Part shown: one piece after another, positions 27,001-39,705 of the stretch
How the letters are laid out: every line of letters begins with the position of its first letter
Position numbering within the stretch: the first letter of the stretch is position 1
NCBI RefSeq assembly: GCF_009914755.1
Contig: NC_060927.1
Strand: one strand, 5' to 3'
Source: the human T2T-CHM13v2.0 reference genome, Homo sapiens
DNA: 64,000 nt
Notes under the pieces: model-generated
What the model was told of the DNA's origin: nothing
Seen by the model: only the letters and a program-made list of their open reading frames with translations
The model's database searches: none
Made by a program: the position numbers and the translations under genes

Positions 27001-27996
27001 ATTTGATACGAAGAACACTGAATTTGTAAATTTCTTCAGGCAGTATGGCCATTTTAACAATATTGATTCTTCCTATCCATGAGCATGGAATGTTTTTCCA
27101 TCTGTTTATTCATCTCTGATTTCTTTCAGCAGTGTTTTGTAATTCTTGTTGTAGAGCTCTTTCACCTCCAGGGTTAGCTGTATTCCTAGGTATTTTATTC
27201 TTTTGGGGGCTATTGTGAATGGGATTGCATTCTTGATTTGGCTCTCAGCTTGGATGTTATTGGTGTATAAAAATGATACTGATTTTGGTACATTGATTTT
27301 GTATCCTGTGACTTTGCTCAAGTTATTTGTCAGACTGAGGAGCTTTTGGGCAGCAACTATGGGGTTTTCCAGGTATAAAATCATATCATATGTGAAGAGA
27401 GATAGTTTGACTTTTTCTCTTCCTACTTGGATGCCTTTTATTTCTTTCTCTTGCCTGATTGCTCTGGCTAGGACTTCCAGTACAATGTTGAGTAGGAATG
27501 GTGAAAGGAGACATCCTTGTCTTGCTCTGGATTGCCAGGGAAATGTTTGCAGCTTTTGCCAATTCAGTATGATGTTGGCTGTGGGTTTTTTTATAGATAA
27601 CTCATTATTTTGAAGTATATTCCATCAATACCTATTCTATTAAGAGTTTTTAACATGAAGCAGAGGTTGAATTTTATTGGAAGCCTTTTCTGCATCTATT
27701 GAGATGATTATGTGGTTTTTGGTTTTGGTTCTATTTATGTTGTTGATTTGCATATGTTGAAACAACCTTGCATCCCAATGATAAAGCCTACTTTATCATG
27801 GTGAATTAGCTTTTTGATATGCTGCTGAATGTTGTTCGCTAGCGTTTTGTTGAGAATTTTTTAATCTATGTTAATCAAGGATACTGACTTGAAGTTTCTT
27901 TTTTGTTGTGTCTCCACTAGGTTTTAGCATCAGAATGGAACTACCCTCACAGAGTGAGTTAGGGAGGAGTCTGTCTTCCTCAGTTTTTTGGAATAG

Positions 27997-28684
27997 AATA
28001 ATTGCCCAATGGGTTCACCTTTCCTAATGCCTAGACAGAGCTGATCTATCAAGACATGGGAATTGCAATAGAAAAAGTGTAATTCAAACAGAGCCATCTG
28101 TGTGGGAGACCAGAGTTTTATTATTACTCAAATCAGTCTCCCCAAGCATTCAGGGATCAGAGTTTTTAAGGACAACTTAGTGGGTGAGGGGAAGCCAGTG
28201 AGCCAGGAGTACTGATTGGTCAGGTTAGAGATTAAATCATAGGGAGTCAAAGCTGTCTTCTTATGCTGAGTCAGCTCCTGAGTGGGGGCAACAAGATTAG
28301 ATGAGCCAGTTTATCAATCTGCGTGGTGCCAGTTGATCCATTGCAGGGTCTACAAAATATCTCAAGCACTAATCTTAGGAGCAGTTTAGGGAAGGTCAGA
28401 ATCTTGTAGCCTCCAGCTGCATGACTCCTAAATCATAATTTCTAATCTTGTGGATAATTTCTTAGTCCTACAAAGACCGCCTAGTCACCATGCAAGAAGG
28501 AGGTTTGTTTTGGGAAAGGGCTACTATAATCTTTGTTTTAACCTATAAACTAAGTTCCTCCCATAGTTAGTTCAGCCTATGCCGAGAAAGGAACAAGGAC
28601 AGCTTAAAGGTTAGAGCCAAGATGGAGTCAGTTAGATTAAATCTCTTTCGTTGTCACAGTCATAATTTTGCAAAGGCAGTTTCA
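27997..28684 (-). mobile_element. LTR8/LTR8A solo LTR (ERV1)
   Basis: Minus strand starts TGAAACTGCCTTTGCAAAATTATGACTG; 4-bp TSD ATAG on both sides; L1 sequence resumes in register. Confidence 0.9.
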
Positions 28685-30824
28685 ATAGTTTCAGTAGGAA
28701 TTGTACCAACTCTTTATACATTTGGTAGAATTTGGCTGTGAATCCATCTGGTTCTAGACCTATTCGGTTTAATAGGCTTTTTATTACTGATTCTATTTCT
28801 GAATTGTTTACTCATCTGTTCATGGATTCAGTCTCTTTCTAGTTCAATCTTGGAAAGTTGTATATTTCCAGTAATTTCTCTATTTCCTCTAGGTTTTCTA
28901 GCTTGTGTGCACAGAGATGTTTGTAGTATTCTCTGAAGATTTTTTGTATTTCTGTGGGGTCAGTGGTAATGTCCCCTTTGTCATTTCTGATTGTGTTTAT
29001 TTGAATTTTCTCTCTTTTTTCTTTATTAGTCTAGCTAGTTATCTATCTAACTTATGTATTTTTTCAAAAAAAACCACTCCTGGATTCATTGACTTTTGTA
29101 TGGTTTTTTGCATCTCAATTTCCTTCAGTTCAGCTGTAATTTTGGTTATTTTTTTATCTTCTTCTAGCTTTGGGGTTGGTTTGCTCTTGGTTCTCTAGTT
29201 CCTCTAGTTGTGATGTTAGGTTGTTAATTTGAGATCTTTTCAATTGTTTGGGTGGGCACTTAGTGTTATAAACTCCCTCTTAACACTGCCTTAGCTGTGT
29301 CCCAGATATTCTGTTATGTTACATCTTTGTTCTTATTAATTTCAAAGAATTTCTTGGTTTCTGCCTAATTTCATTGTTTACCCAAAAGTCATTCAGGAGC
29401 AGGTTGTTTGATTTCCTTGTAATTACACAGTTTTCAGCAAGTTTCTTAGTATTTATATCTATTTTTATTGTGCTGTGGTCCAAGAGTCTAGCTGGTATGA
29501 TTTCCGGGGTTTTTTTTAATTTGCTAAGGATTTTTATATGTCTGTGTGATTGATTTTACAGTGTGTGCCATGTGCAGATAAGAAGAATGTATATTATGTT
29601 GTCTTTGGATGGAGTGTTCTGTGGATGTCTATTAGGTCCATTTGGTCAAATGTCCAAGTTCACATCTTGAATATCTTTTTTCTGCCTCAGTTATCTGTCT
29701 AATACTGTCAGTGGGATGTTAAAGTCTTCCATTATTATTGTGTGGTTACCTAAGTCTCTTTGTGGGTCTCCGAGAACTTGTTTTATGAATCTGGGTACTT
29801 CTGTGTTGGGTGTGTATATATTTAGGATAGTTAGGTTTTCTTGTTGAATTGAACCCTTTATCATTATGTAATGCCCTTCTTTGTCTTTTTTGATCTTTGT
29901 TGTTTAAAATCTGTTCTGTCCGAAGTTAGAAGAGCAATCTGTCCTTTTTGCTTTTCTCCATTTGCTTGGTAGATTTTTCTCCATCCTTTTACTTTGAGTT
30001 TCTGGGTGCCATTGCATATGAGATGGGTCTCTTGAAGACAGCATACCACTGAGTCTTGCTTCTTGACACTCTGTGCCTTTTAATTGTAGCATTTAGCCCA
30101 TTTACATTCAAGGTTAGTACTAATATATGCGGATTTGTTCCTGCCATCATGTTGTTAGCTGGTTGTTATGCAGACTTGCTTATGTGGTTGCTTTATAATG
30201 TCACTGGTCCATATACTTAAGTGTGTTTTTGCAGTGGCCAGTAACAGTCCTTCCTTTCCATGTTTAGCACTCTCTTCAGGACCTCTCATAAGGCAGGTCT
30301 GGTGGTAACAAAATCCCTTAGCATTTGTTTGTCAGAAAAGAAACGTTATTTCTCCTTTGCTTATAAAGCTTAGTTAGGTTGAATATGAAACTCTTGGTTG
30401 GAAATTATTTTAAGAATGCTGAATACAGATCCCCAGTCTCTTCTGGCTTGTTGGTTTTCTGCTGACAGGTCTGCTGTTAGCCTGATGGGGTTAATTTTGC
30501 AGGTGACCTATCCCTTTCCTCTTGCTACCTTTAAAATTTTTTCTTTCATTTCAACCTTGGAGAATCTGATGACTATGTGTCTTAGGGATGGTCTTCCTGT
30601 GTGGTATTTTGCAGGAGTTTGCTGCATTTTCTGAATTTGAATGTTGACCTCTCTCATGAAGTTGGGCGGGGGTTGCAGTTGTCAGACAAGCCTTATCCTT
30701 GCTGGGTTGGCCGTAATCTGCTGTCCATGTACTTCCCAGGGAAACATGGGGTTGTGCCTGCCTTCAGAGTTCAGGCAGAAGCAGGACTGCTGGGCTTGCA
30801 GCTCTAAACAGGCATGGCTTTCAT

Positions 30825-31862
30825 GGCTACCAGTGGCAGGTTTGGGTAGAGATGCATGCCCTACTGTCCAGGTGCTTCCCAGGACAACAGGTGGCTGAAC
30901 CCACCAGCTGAGTTCACACAGAAGTGGGACCACTGGTCCAGAAACTCTAGCAGGCGTTGCCTGCCTGGCTATCAGGTGTCTGCAAACTTGCGTCCAACAG
31001 GCTACATAGTAAATATTTTAGGCTTAGAGGAACAATCCCCAGCCTTTTTGGCACCAGGGACCAGTTTCAGTTTCATGGAAGATAATTTTTCCTGAATTCT
31101 GCAGGCAGGCACAACCCCATGTCTCCCTGGGAAGTGCATGGACACCACATTACAGCCAATCTGGCAAGGGTAAGTTGTGTGCCCTGCCATCTGGGTGTTT
31201 CCTGGAACAGGAGTCTGCAGTCTCCAGCTGAGTTCTCACAGAAGTGAGACCACTAAGCTGGAAGGTCTAGCAGGCATTACCTGCCTGGCTTCTAGTGGCA
31301 GGAGTGGATGAAGCCACCCACCCCTGCCATCCAGGCATTTCCCAGGACCACAGGAGGCTGCCTCCTCCAGCTGAGTTCATGCAGAAGTGGGACCACTGGG
31401 CCAGAAGCTCTAGCAAGTGCTGTATGTCTGGCTACCAGCTGCAGGGGTGGGTGGAGTTACATGCCCAGCTGTCCAAGTGTTTCTCAGGACAACAAGAGGC
31501 TGCACTCTCCAGCTGTGTCCACACAGAGGTGGGGTCGCTAGGCCGGAAGCTCTAGTGGGCATTGCCTGCCTGGCTACCAGTGGCAGGGGTGGGTGGGGTC
31601 ACACATCCTACCATTTGGGTATTTCCCAGGACAACAGGAAGCTGCACCTTCCAGATGAGTTCATACAGAAGTGAGATTACTGAGCTGGAAGCTCTAGCAA
31701 GCTTTATACTCCTGGCTACCAGTAGTAGGGGCAGGTGGGGTCATGCACCCTACTGTCTGGATGCTTCCCAGGACAACAGGAGGCTGTGCCCCCCTGCTGA
31801 GTTCACACAAAAGTGGACCTATTGGGCCAGAAGTTCTAGCAAGCATTGCCAGCCTGGCTACC
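30825..31862 (-). repeat. Array of ~142-bp monomers in the L1PA 5'UTR (6 units, one interrupted)
   Basis: Anchor GGCTACC-like motif at 30825, 30967, 31287, 31430, 31572, 31714 and 31856; period 142-143 except across the patch. Confidence 0.9.
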
Positions 31863-34800
31863 AATGGTGGGGGTGGGTGGTTCAGGCTTCAGCCAAGTTC
31901 AGGCTGAAGCAAGACTGCTGGGCTGGAAGTCACCAGCCCTGTTTGCTGAGGAGGGATGAAGCAATCTTACTGTTCCCAGGAACTACAACTGCAGCCTCTG
32001 TTGGGGCTATGGCACCAGTTCTGGTCTTTTCCAGGGATCAAGGCCTGTAAAGGTCCCCATGGACTTGAGAGTTGCCCTGCAAAATGTCCAGATGCTTTCT
32101 GCCTCAGTCTAGAAGCATCGGGGAAGGGAGTTGCTGGGGGCCCAGGGAGATTCTTCCATTTCTTGTCTAGCACAGGTGCCTGTGGAGACCGTGAATCTTC
32201 CAATCTTCCTGGGGCCTCTCACTCACTCACCTTTTCCCACGTCGGAGAGGTTCTCCTGGCACCACACTGAGCCCAGACAGGCTGGTGCTCAGCTTCACTT
32301 CTCTCTTCTGTGTCCCCTTGCTGCTTGGATGGATCCCAACATGGTTTCTCAGATGATCAGCCTAGAGGGTCAGCATTCACTAGCCATTTTTGTTTCTTCT
32401 CCATGAGAGCAGTGTACATGAGCTGCTTCTAGTCCACCATCTTGACCCCTTTCCAATTTTTTTTAGCCATTGTAAATGGAATCGTTTTCTTGATTTCTTT
32501 CTCAGATAGTTTGCTGTTGGAGTATAGAAACACTACTGATTTTTGTATGTTGATTTTGTATCCTGCCACTTTACCAAATTCATTTATTGGTTCTATTAGT
32601 TTATTGGTAGAATCTTTAGCGTATTCTATATGTAAGATCATGTCTTATATATAGAATACTCTAAAGGGACAATTTGACTTCCTTTTTTCCATTTTGGATG
32701 TCCCTTATTTCCTTCCTCTTTCCTGATTGCTCTGGCTAGGACTTCCAGTACAATATTCAATAGAAGTGGTAAAAGTGGGGATGCTTATCTAGTTCCAGAT
32801 CTCTGAGGATAAGCTTTTAACTTTTCCATGTTAAATGTGGGGTTAGCCATTAGTTTGTCATATGTGGCCTCTATTTTGTTGAGGTATGTTCATTCTAGAC
32901 CTAATCTGTTGAGGATTTTTTAATCATGAAAGGATGTTGATTTTTATCAAATGCTTTTTCTATGTCTGTTGAAATGATCATATGGTTTTTTCCTTGATTC
33001 TGTTAATGTAATGTATTACATTTATTGATTTGTATATTTTGAGCCATTCTTGCATCCTTTTGATGAGTCCCACTTGATCATAGTAAATAATCTTTTTAAC
33101 ATGCTGCTGGATTCAGTTTGCTAGTATGTTGCTGAGGATTATTGCATCCATATTAATCAAGGATATTCCCCTATAATTTTCTTTGGTTATTGTTGTGTCC
33201 TCATCTGGTTTTGGTATCAAGGTAATACTGGCCTCCAATAATGAGTTTGGAAGAATTCTCTCCCCTTCAGTTTTCTAAAATAGTTTGAGAAGGTCCATTA
33301 TTAGTTCTTTTTTAAATGTTTGGTAAAATTAGCAGTGAAGTCACCAGGTTCAGAGCTTTCCTTTGATAAGAGACCTTTATTACCAATTTAATGTTGTTTT
33401 CTTGTTATTCATCTGTTCAGATTTTTCTATCTCTTTGTGATTCAATCTTGATAGGTTGTATGTGTCCAGAAATTATTCATTTCTTCTAGTTTTTTTTAAC
33501 TTTTTGGCAGGTAGGTATTTACAACAGTCTCATGTGATCCTTTGTATTTCTGTGGTATCAGCTGTAATTTATCCTTTTTCATCTCTTTATTTATTTGAGT
33601 ATTTTTCCATTTTTCTTAGTCTAACCAAAGGTTTGTCAATTTTGTTTACCTTTTTAAAAAACTAACTCTGCTTCACTGATCTTCTGTAATTTGTTTATTT
33701 ATGCTCTGATCTTTTTTTTTAATCCACTAACTTTTGGTTTAGTTTGTTCTTGTTTTTCAGTTCCTTGAGGTGCAAGATTAGCTTTCTGAATTGAGGTCTT
33801 TCTACTGTTTTGATGTAGGCATTTATTGCGTAAATTTCCCTCTTAAAAGTGCTTTTGCTATATTCCACAGATTTTTGGGATATGTGATTCCATTTTCATT
33901 TGTCTCAAGAAATTTATTTAATTTTTTTAAAAATTCATGTATTGACCCATTACTTTTTCAGAAGTGTGTTGTTTAATTTCCACATATTTTTACAGTTTCC
34001 AACTTTCCTCCTGTTATTGATTTCTAGTTTTGTTCTATTGTGGTAGGAAAAAATACTGGTATGATTTCAATTTTTTTAATGTTTAAGACTTGTTTTATGG
34101 CCTAACATATGTTCTATTCCAGAGAATGTTCCATGTACTATTAAAAAGAATGAGTATTCTGCAACTCTTGTGTGGAATGTTCTGAAAATGTCTTTGGTTT
34201 AGAGTGTGGCTTACCTTGACGATTCTTTGTTGATTTTCTGTGTGGATGATATGCACATTGCTAAAAGTGGGGTGTTGAAGTCCCCTGCTATTATCGTATT
34301 GCAGTCTATCTCTCCCTTTAAGTTTATTGAATATTTTCCTTATATATTTATGTATTCCAATGTTAGGTGCATGTATACTTATAATTTTTATATTATCTTT
34401 CTGTACTGACCTCTTTATATAATGGTCTTCTTTGTCCCTTTTTACAGTTTTTGGCATAAAGTCTATTTTATCTTATCTACATATAGCTACTCCTGCTCTT
34501 ACTTGGTTTTCCTTTGCATAAAATCTATTTTCCCATCCCTTTGCTTTTGATCTATTTATGTCCTTCCAGGTGAAGGTGGGTTTCTTGTGAGGAGCATATA
34601 GTTGGGTCTTTGTTTTTTAATCCATTCAGCCATCTATGTCTTCTAATTGTAAAATTTAAATCTTTTACATTCAAGGTAATTATGGATAGGTAAGGGCTTT
34701 AGTACTGCCTTTTTGTTACTTGTTTTCTAATTGTTTTGTAGATCCCTTTTTTTTTAACCTTCTTCCTCTCATACTCTCTTCTTTTGTGATTAAGTGATTT

Positions 34801-35508
34801 TCTCCAGGAGCATGCTATGATTCCTTGCTTTGTAACTTTAGTGTCTCTATTGTAGGTTTTCACTTTGTCATTACCATGTGGCTTACAATAAGCATCCTAT
34901 AGTTATAACAAGTTATTTAAACTGATAATCTAACTGATCACAAAGGGAAAAAAAAGAAACAAAAAGAACTGCACACTTCAACTCCATTGTCTTCCAATAT
35001 TTTGGATTTTTGATGTCACAATTTATATCTTTTATATTGCCTGTCTCTTAACAAATTATTTTAGTTATTATTTTTAATTGTTTTCTCTGTTAGTCTGCAT
35101 ACTAAGGATATAAATGATTTACACATCACAATTACAGTATTAAAGTATTCTGAACTTGTTTGTATACTTACTTTTGCCAGTAAGTTTCATACCTTCAGAT
35201 GTTTTATTGTTACATGTTAGCATCCTTTTGTTTCCATTTGGAGAACTCCCTTTAGCATTTTTAGTAAGATAGGTCTGATGGTGACAAATTTCCTAAGCTT
35301 TTGTTTTTCTGTTCTGAAAAACAGTTTTGCTGGGTATGATATCCTTGTTTGACAGGTTTTTTCCTTCAGCATTCTGAGCATATCATCCCACTCTCTTGTA
35401 GTCTGCAAGGTGTATGCTAAGAAGTTTGCTGCCATATGTATTAGAATTCCTTTATATGTTATTTGTTTCTTTTCTCTTGCTGCTTTCAGAATCTTCTTTG
35501 TCTTTGAC

Positions 35509-35920
35509 TGAAATAGTTTTGATATATGTCCCCACCAAATCTCATGTTAAAATGTAACCCCTAATGCTGGAGGTGGGAACTAGTAGCAGATGTTTGAGTC
35601 ATGGGGGCAGATCCCTCATAAATGGCTCACTGCCCTCTCTGTCATACTGAGTGAGTCTCACTCTATTAGGTCACATGAGAGCTCATGAGAGCTGATTTTT
35701 TTAAAGAGAATAGCACCTTCCTTCCACCATCTTCCTCCCTCTCTTGTCATGTGACATGCCTGCTCCCCCTTCCCCTGCTGCCATGATTAAAAGTTTCCTG
35801 AGCTCTTGACCAGAAACAGATATGGCACCACACTTCTCACACAGCCTGAAAAACCTCTTTTCTTCATAAATTACCCAATCTCAGGTGTTCCTTTATAGCA
35901 ACGCAAAATAGACTAACACA
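35509..35920 (+). mobile_element. MSTB-like MaLR solo LTR
   Basis: TG...CCAAATCTCATGTTAAAATG...GGGGGCAGATCCCTCAT...CTTTATAGCAAC...GACTAACACA; perfect TSD TTGAC. Confidence 0.92.
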
Positions 35921-37859
35921 TTGACCTTTCAGAGTTTGATTATCCTATGCCTTAGGGTAGTCTTATTTGGGTTGTATCTGATTAGTGAACTTTAGTCTTC
36001 CTCTACCTGGATATGTATAACCTTTTGGATATAAATAGTTTAGAAAGTTTTCTGTTATCATTTCATTGAAGAAGCCTTCTACACCTTCGTGTTTCTCTGC
36101 TACTTCTTGAATTCCAATGATATGAATGTTTGCTTTTTTGAACATAGCCCGTAGATTCCATAATCTTTTTTCATCCCTTTTTATTATTTTGTCTTTTTTT
36201 TATGTATTTTTAAATAGCCTGTTTTTTGAGGTCACCCTTTCTTTCAATAGCTTGATCAATTCTGCTATTTATACTGTCTTTGAATTTTTATTTCATTCAT
36301 TGTAGTTTTTACATCCAGAATTTGTTGTATTATTTAAATCTCTCTGTAAAATTTCTCTAATAAATTTCTGAATTGTTTATCTGTGTTTTCTTGAAGTTCA
36401 CTGAGCTGCCTTATCACAGCTATTTTGAATTCGTTGTCTGACAGAGCACACATCTTACCCCTTTAAGGTCTGTCACTGGTGCCTTGTTTTGTCTGTTAAA
36501 TGAGGTCATAATTCCCAGATTGTTCTTTATCCTTGCAGACATATGTTGATGCCTACGCTTTGAAGACTTAGGTATGTATTCCAGTCTTTGTAGTCTGCTT
36601 GTGTTTGTGCCCATCCTTCTTGAGTGGGCCTGCCCAACGATCTAAGCCGGTTGACCTTTTTCAGAGTCAGTGACTACTGGAACTATTTCAGCAGTAGAGG
36701 GCGCCCTAAGCTCAGATTCTCTATAAGTCTAGCTATAGCTTCAAGGTTGGTGCGGCACCTCGACCCAGATGAACTTGGGGAAGACTCAAGGAGGATACCC
36801 AGGTTGTGTAGGAAAGCTAACCAGGGACCCAATTCTGCAAGTCTGTCCCATGTGCCCAACAGGCACACATTTACCAGAAGTTTATTGTATAGGTGTGACA
36901 GTTCCTTGATTGCTGAGAGAGGGGCTGGAGCCAAGAATGAGCCCCCTCAGAATTCACCATGGGACAGAGGCTGACAGGCTTGCCCCATTGTCCCAGACTT
37001 GCATACTTCCCGGTGACTTCCTGCATGGGCAAGAGGGTTCCCCAATTGCAGCAAAAGGAGACATAGCTGATACTGTGCCCCCTCAGGATTTGCTGTGGAA
37101 TGGTGGCTGGTGGGCTCCTCATAGAAGTTTAGACAGATAGGTAATGCCCCGTCTTTAAGATAAAGACAGCTTTCCTTCTGAGACCAGCTGAAGAGGGCTG
37201 GAGCTGAGATACAGGGTGACCTTCAGATCCACTGCTGAGATTGATATCAGCGGACAGACAAGCCTTCCTGCCAAGGCATTAATGTGCATGATTCCTCCCG
37301 GACTCCTTGGAAAAGAGTTTTGGTTGAAGGCTCAAGGCCAAATGGGCCCATGGCCAAGCTCTTTGGGGAATTAAGCTGTTTCTGGATTTGAACCTGGGAG
37401 CATGATTGTAGGGTCTGCTACCTTGGTGCTGGCATGCACTCTCAGAATGGCCTTCCTATGTCTTAGACTCCACTGAGGTTTCATAAGCTCCTATCTGAAT
37501 TCCAAGGCTCCCTCTAAGAGATTGCGTTCTGTAAATGGGTACAGAATTTTTATTATTGTGGGGCAATATAAGTGGGTTATCTCTGATGCTGCCATCTTGC
37601 TGACATCATCAGCTCCAAGAAAACTTTTTAAAATCTGTTTTGTAGTATATGTATTTATTCTCCCCTCAATTCATCTTAAAGCCCTTTTCTAACAAGGAAG
37701 GAAGAAAAGGAAAAACAGGAGACAGCAAGAAAGGAAAGAAAGAGTTCCCCAAGCAAGAACATAGGGAAAAGAATTTTTGAAGAGATTTTACTGGTTTTTC
37801 CTGTTTTTTTTTTTTTTTATATATATATTTTCATTTACCATTTTGTAATTTTAACTTTG

Positions 37860-38262
37860 TGTTTTCTACTATTCATTTAATGTTTGGATAAGTAATAAAC
37901 GTGTGTGGTTCAAAAATTAAATTTAAAAGTGTATATATGGAGTCTGCCTTTCAATCTAATTCTCACCCCATCCTTCCCCTGGCTGCTTTTAAAATTTATT
38001 TATTTTATTTATTGATTTTGTGTACTGCCATGGTTTTTTCATGGAAATGCAATCATATATGAAGATATGTTCTTGATTCTCTCCCTTTTCTAATAGAAGT
38101 CAAAATATAATACATACACTGCTTGCTCTTGCTTTTTTCACTTAAAAATAGATGCTGGAATGTTTTCCGTATCATTCCAGCATTTCCTCATCCTTTTACT
38201 CAGCTGCATTGTATTCCATTATAGATGTAGCATAATTTATTTGAGCAATTCTTTATTGATAA
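37860..38262 (-). mobile_element. Old L1ME antisense 3' fragment
   Basis: TTGCTTTTTCACTTAA...CCTCATCCTTTT...CTGCATTGTATTCCATT...CATAATTTATTT. Confidence 0.6.
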
Positions 38263-39691
38263 ATCATACACAGGAAAATCTCTATACATAATCTATGTCA
38301 TACACAGGAAATCTCTATACACAATCTATGTGAAGGGAGGTAAAATCCCTTCTGCTCTCAGCGTTCCCCTATGCCAGCTGGATGAGGGAATACGGATGAG
38401 GGAGTGTGGTTCTTAGCTGGATGAGGGAGTGTGGTTCCCTCCAGCCCTTTTCCCAGTCACATCACCCCAGCCCCAAGTGGGGTCACCAATTAAAATGTGA
38501 TAAGAATGGGTGGATTAGGAAAATCCTGAAAACCTAGCCACCTTTGTCAACCATGGAGAACTTCCTCCCCGGTAGCCTAGCCAAATCTGAGATCTCCCAG
38601 ATCTTGTACACACCTGAAGATGTGTTTCCTGATTCACAGTTGTAAAAGAAAAACACCTTTATAACATAGGACAGGCTAAGATTTTTACCTTTATAATAAT
38701 TATTGTAAAAGATACATATTACTTTCTTGACATCTGTTGAAGTTAAGTAAAGGTTTCTATAACAGAAAAGATGTTTGGGTGAGGCTGACACTATATTTAT
38801 TTCTGTAAAAACTAGTTCAAACCCATATTACTATTGAGGGGTGGGTAAGGGGGCTATGTTAATACTGCATGTCATTGGCCACCCACTCCTCCGTCTGATT
38901 CAGGATTGGACGTCCAGCCCAAGGAGCACCAAGCTTTAACTGGCCAGGAATTTATACATGTTTCTCAATCAATAATTTATTCCAGAAGACACAGAGAACA
39001 GAAAGGTGTAGTGGGCACTTGAACTGAAAAGTGATGTACAACATGACTGAGGAAACATCTGCCCAGGAACAACATTTCTGAGAGTAAATTGAAGCAAAAG
39101 CCCTCTCCTTGATAGCAACCTAAGGCCAATCCTCCCTTCTGGATCAACTTCAAAGCCCTTCTTTAGCTAAGGATGTAAATGACTCGACTGCTCAAGGCAA
39201 AGACCATTTGTACAGGCAGCAATGTCACAAATGATCATCAAACACAGTATTTGTTCTGCCTATCAAGATCCCAGCATAGTGAGGGCCTCTTAGATGCACC
39301 CTGTATCCCCCTTTTCACCCCCGAAAAGACTGGTCCTCCTCTGCCCTTCAACTGTCTCTCCTTTTTGCACTCCTTTAATTGCACTTGTTTTTGAAGCCCA
39401 CAGAATTTATTATTCAGAAAACAACCTTCTCTGCAATATCAACCTTAATTAACTGTGTTCTTTTTCTATCGCCTCCCACCCTCCACTTTATGCATTTGAA
39501 TTAAGGCACTCCAGAGCCCCTGGCCAGCACCCCTCCCCCATCACACACCCATCAGAGTCTTACCAGCCAACCATGACCAGATAAGGGAAAATGGAATTTC
39601 TTGTCTCTGGCTGCCAATGTGAAAGGGTCAAGGTTACCAAGGAGAGACCTTCCAAAAAGAAGGAGAGAAAAAAGGAAGCCAAGCCTCCCTG

Positions 39692-39705
39692 GTTTCCATG
39701 GTAAC
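39692..39705. promoter_or_regulatory. RFX X-box motif
   Basis: GTTTCCATGGTAAC is a full match to GTTNCCATGGNAAC in non-repeat DNA; binding is not demonstrated. Confidence 0.5.

Larger units (their letters stand above)
25464..32454 (-). mobile_element. Near full-length L1PA15/16-like element nested in the L1MA; part of ORF1 deleted
   Basis: 3'UTR GGGGTACATGTGCAGGTTTG; ORF2 pieces (MILYLENP..., CCLQETHL); 5' end CCATCTTG at 32437; host L1MA ORF2 continues across the insert; ORF1 jumps directly into 5'UTR near 30665. Confidence 0.92.
23158..37615 (-). mobile_element. Full-length L1MA (host of nested MSTA, L1PA and MSTB)
   Basis: L1MA-type 3' end (TTTTAATTGACACATAGTAATT), ORF2 and ORF1 remnants (ORFs 34095..34457, 35217..35435, 35963..36145), 5' YY1-type GCCATCTTG at 37591; TSD CAGGAAAACTTTT (23145-23157) / CAAGAAAACTTTT (37616-37628). 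Confidence 0.9.

Noticed and set aside
30825-31862. Regularly spaced repeats as a CRISPR-like array or repeat-protein gene
   Set aside because: Whole units are homologous with no unique spacers, they lie in an L1 5'UTR, and no frame stays open.
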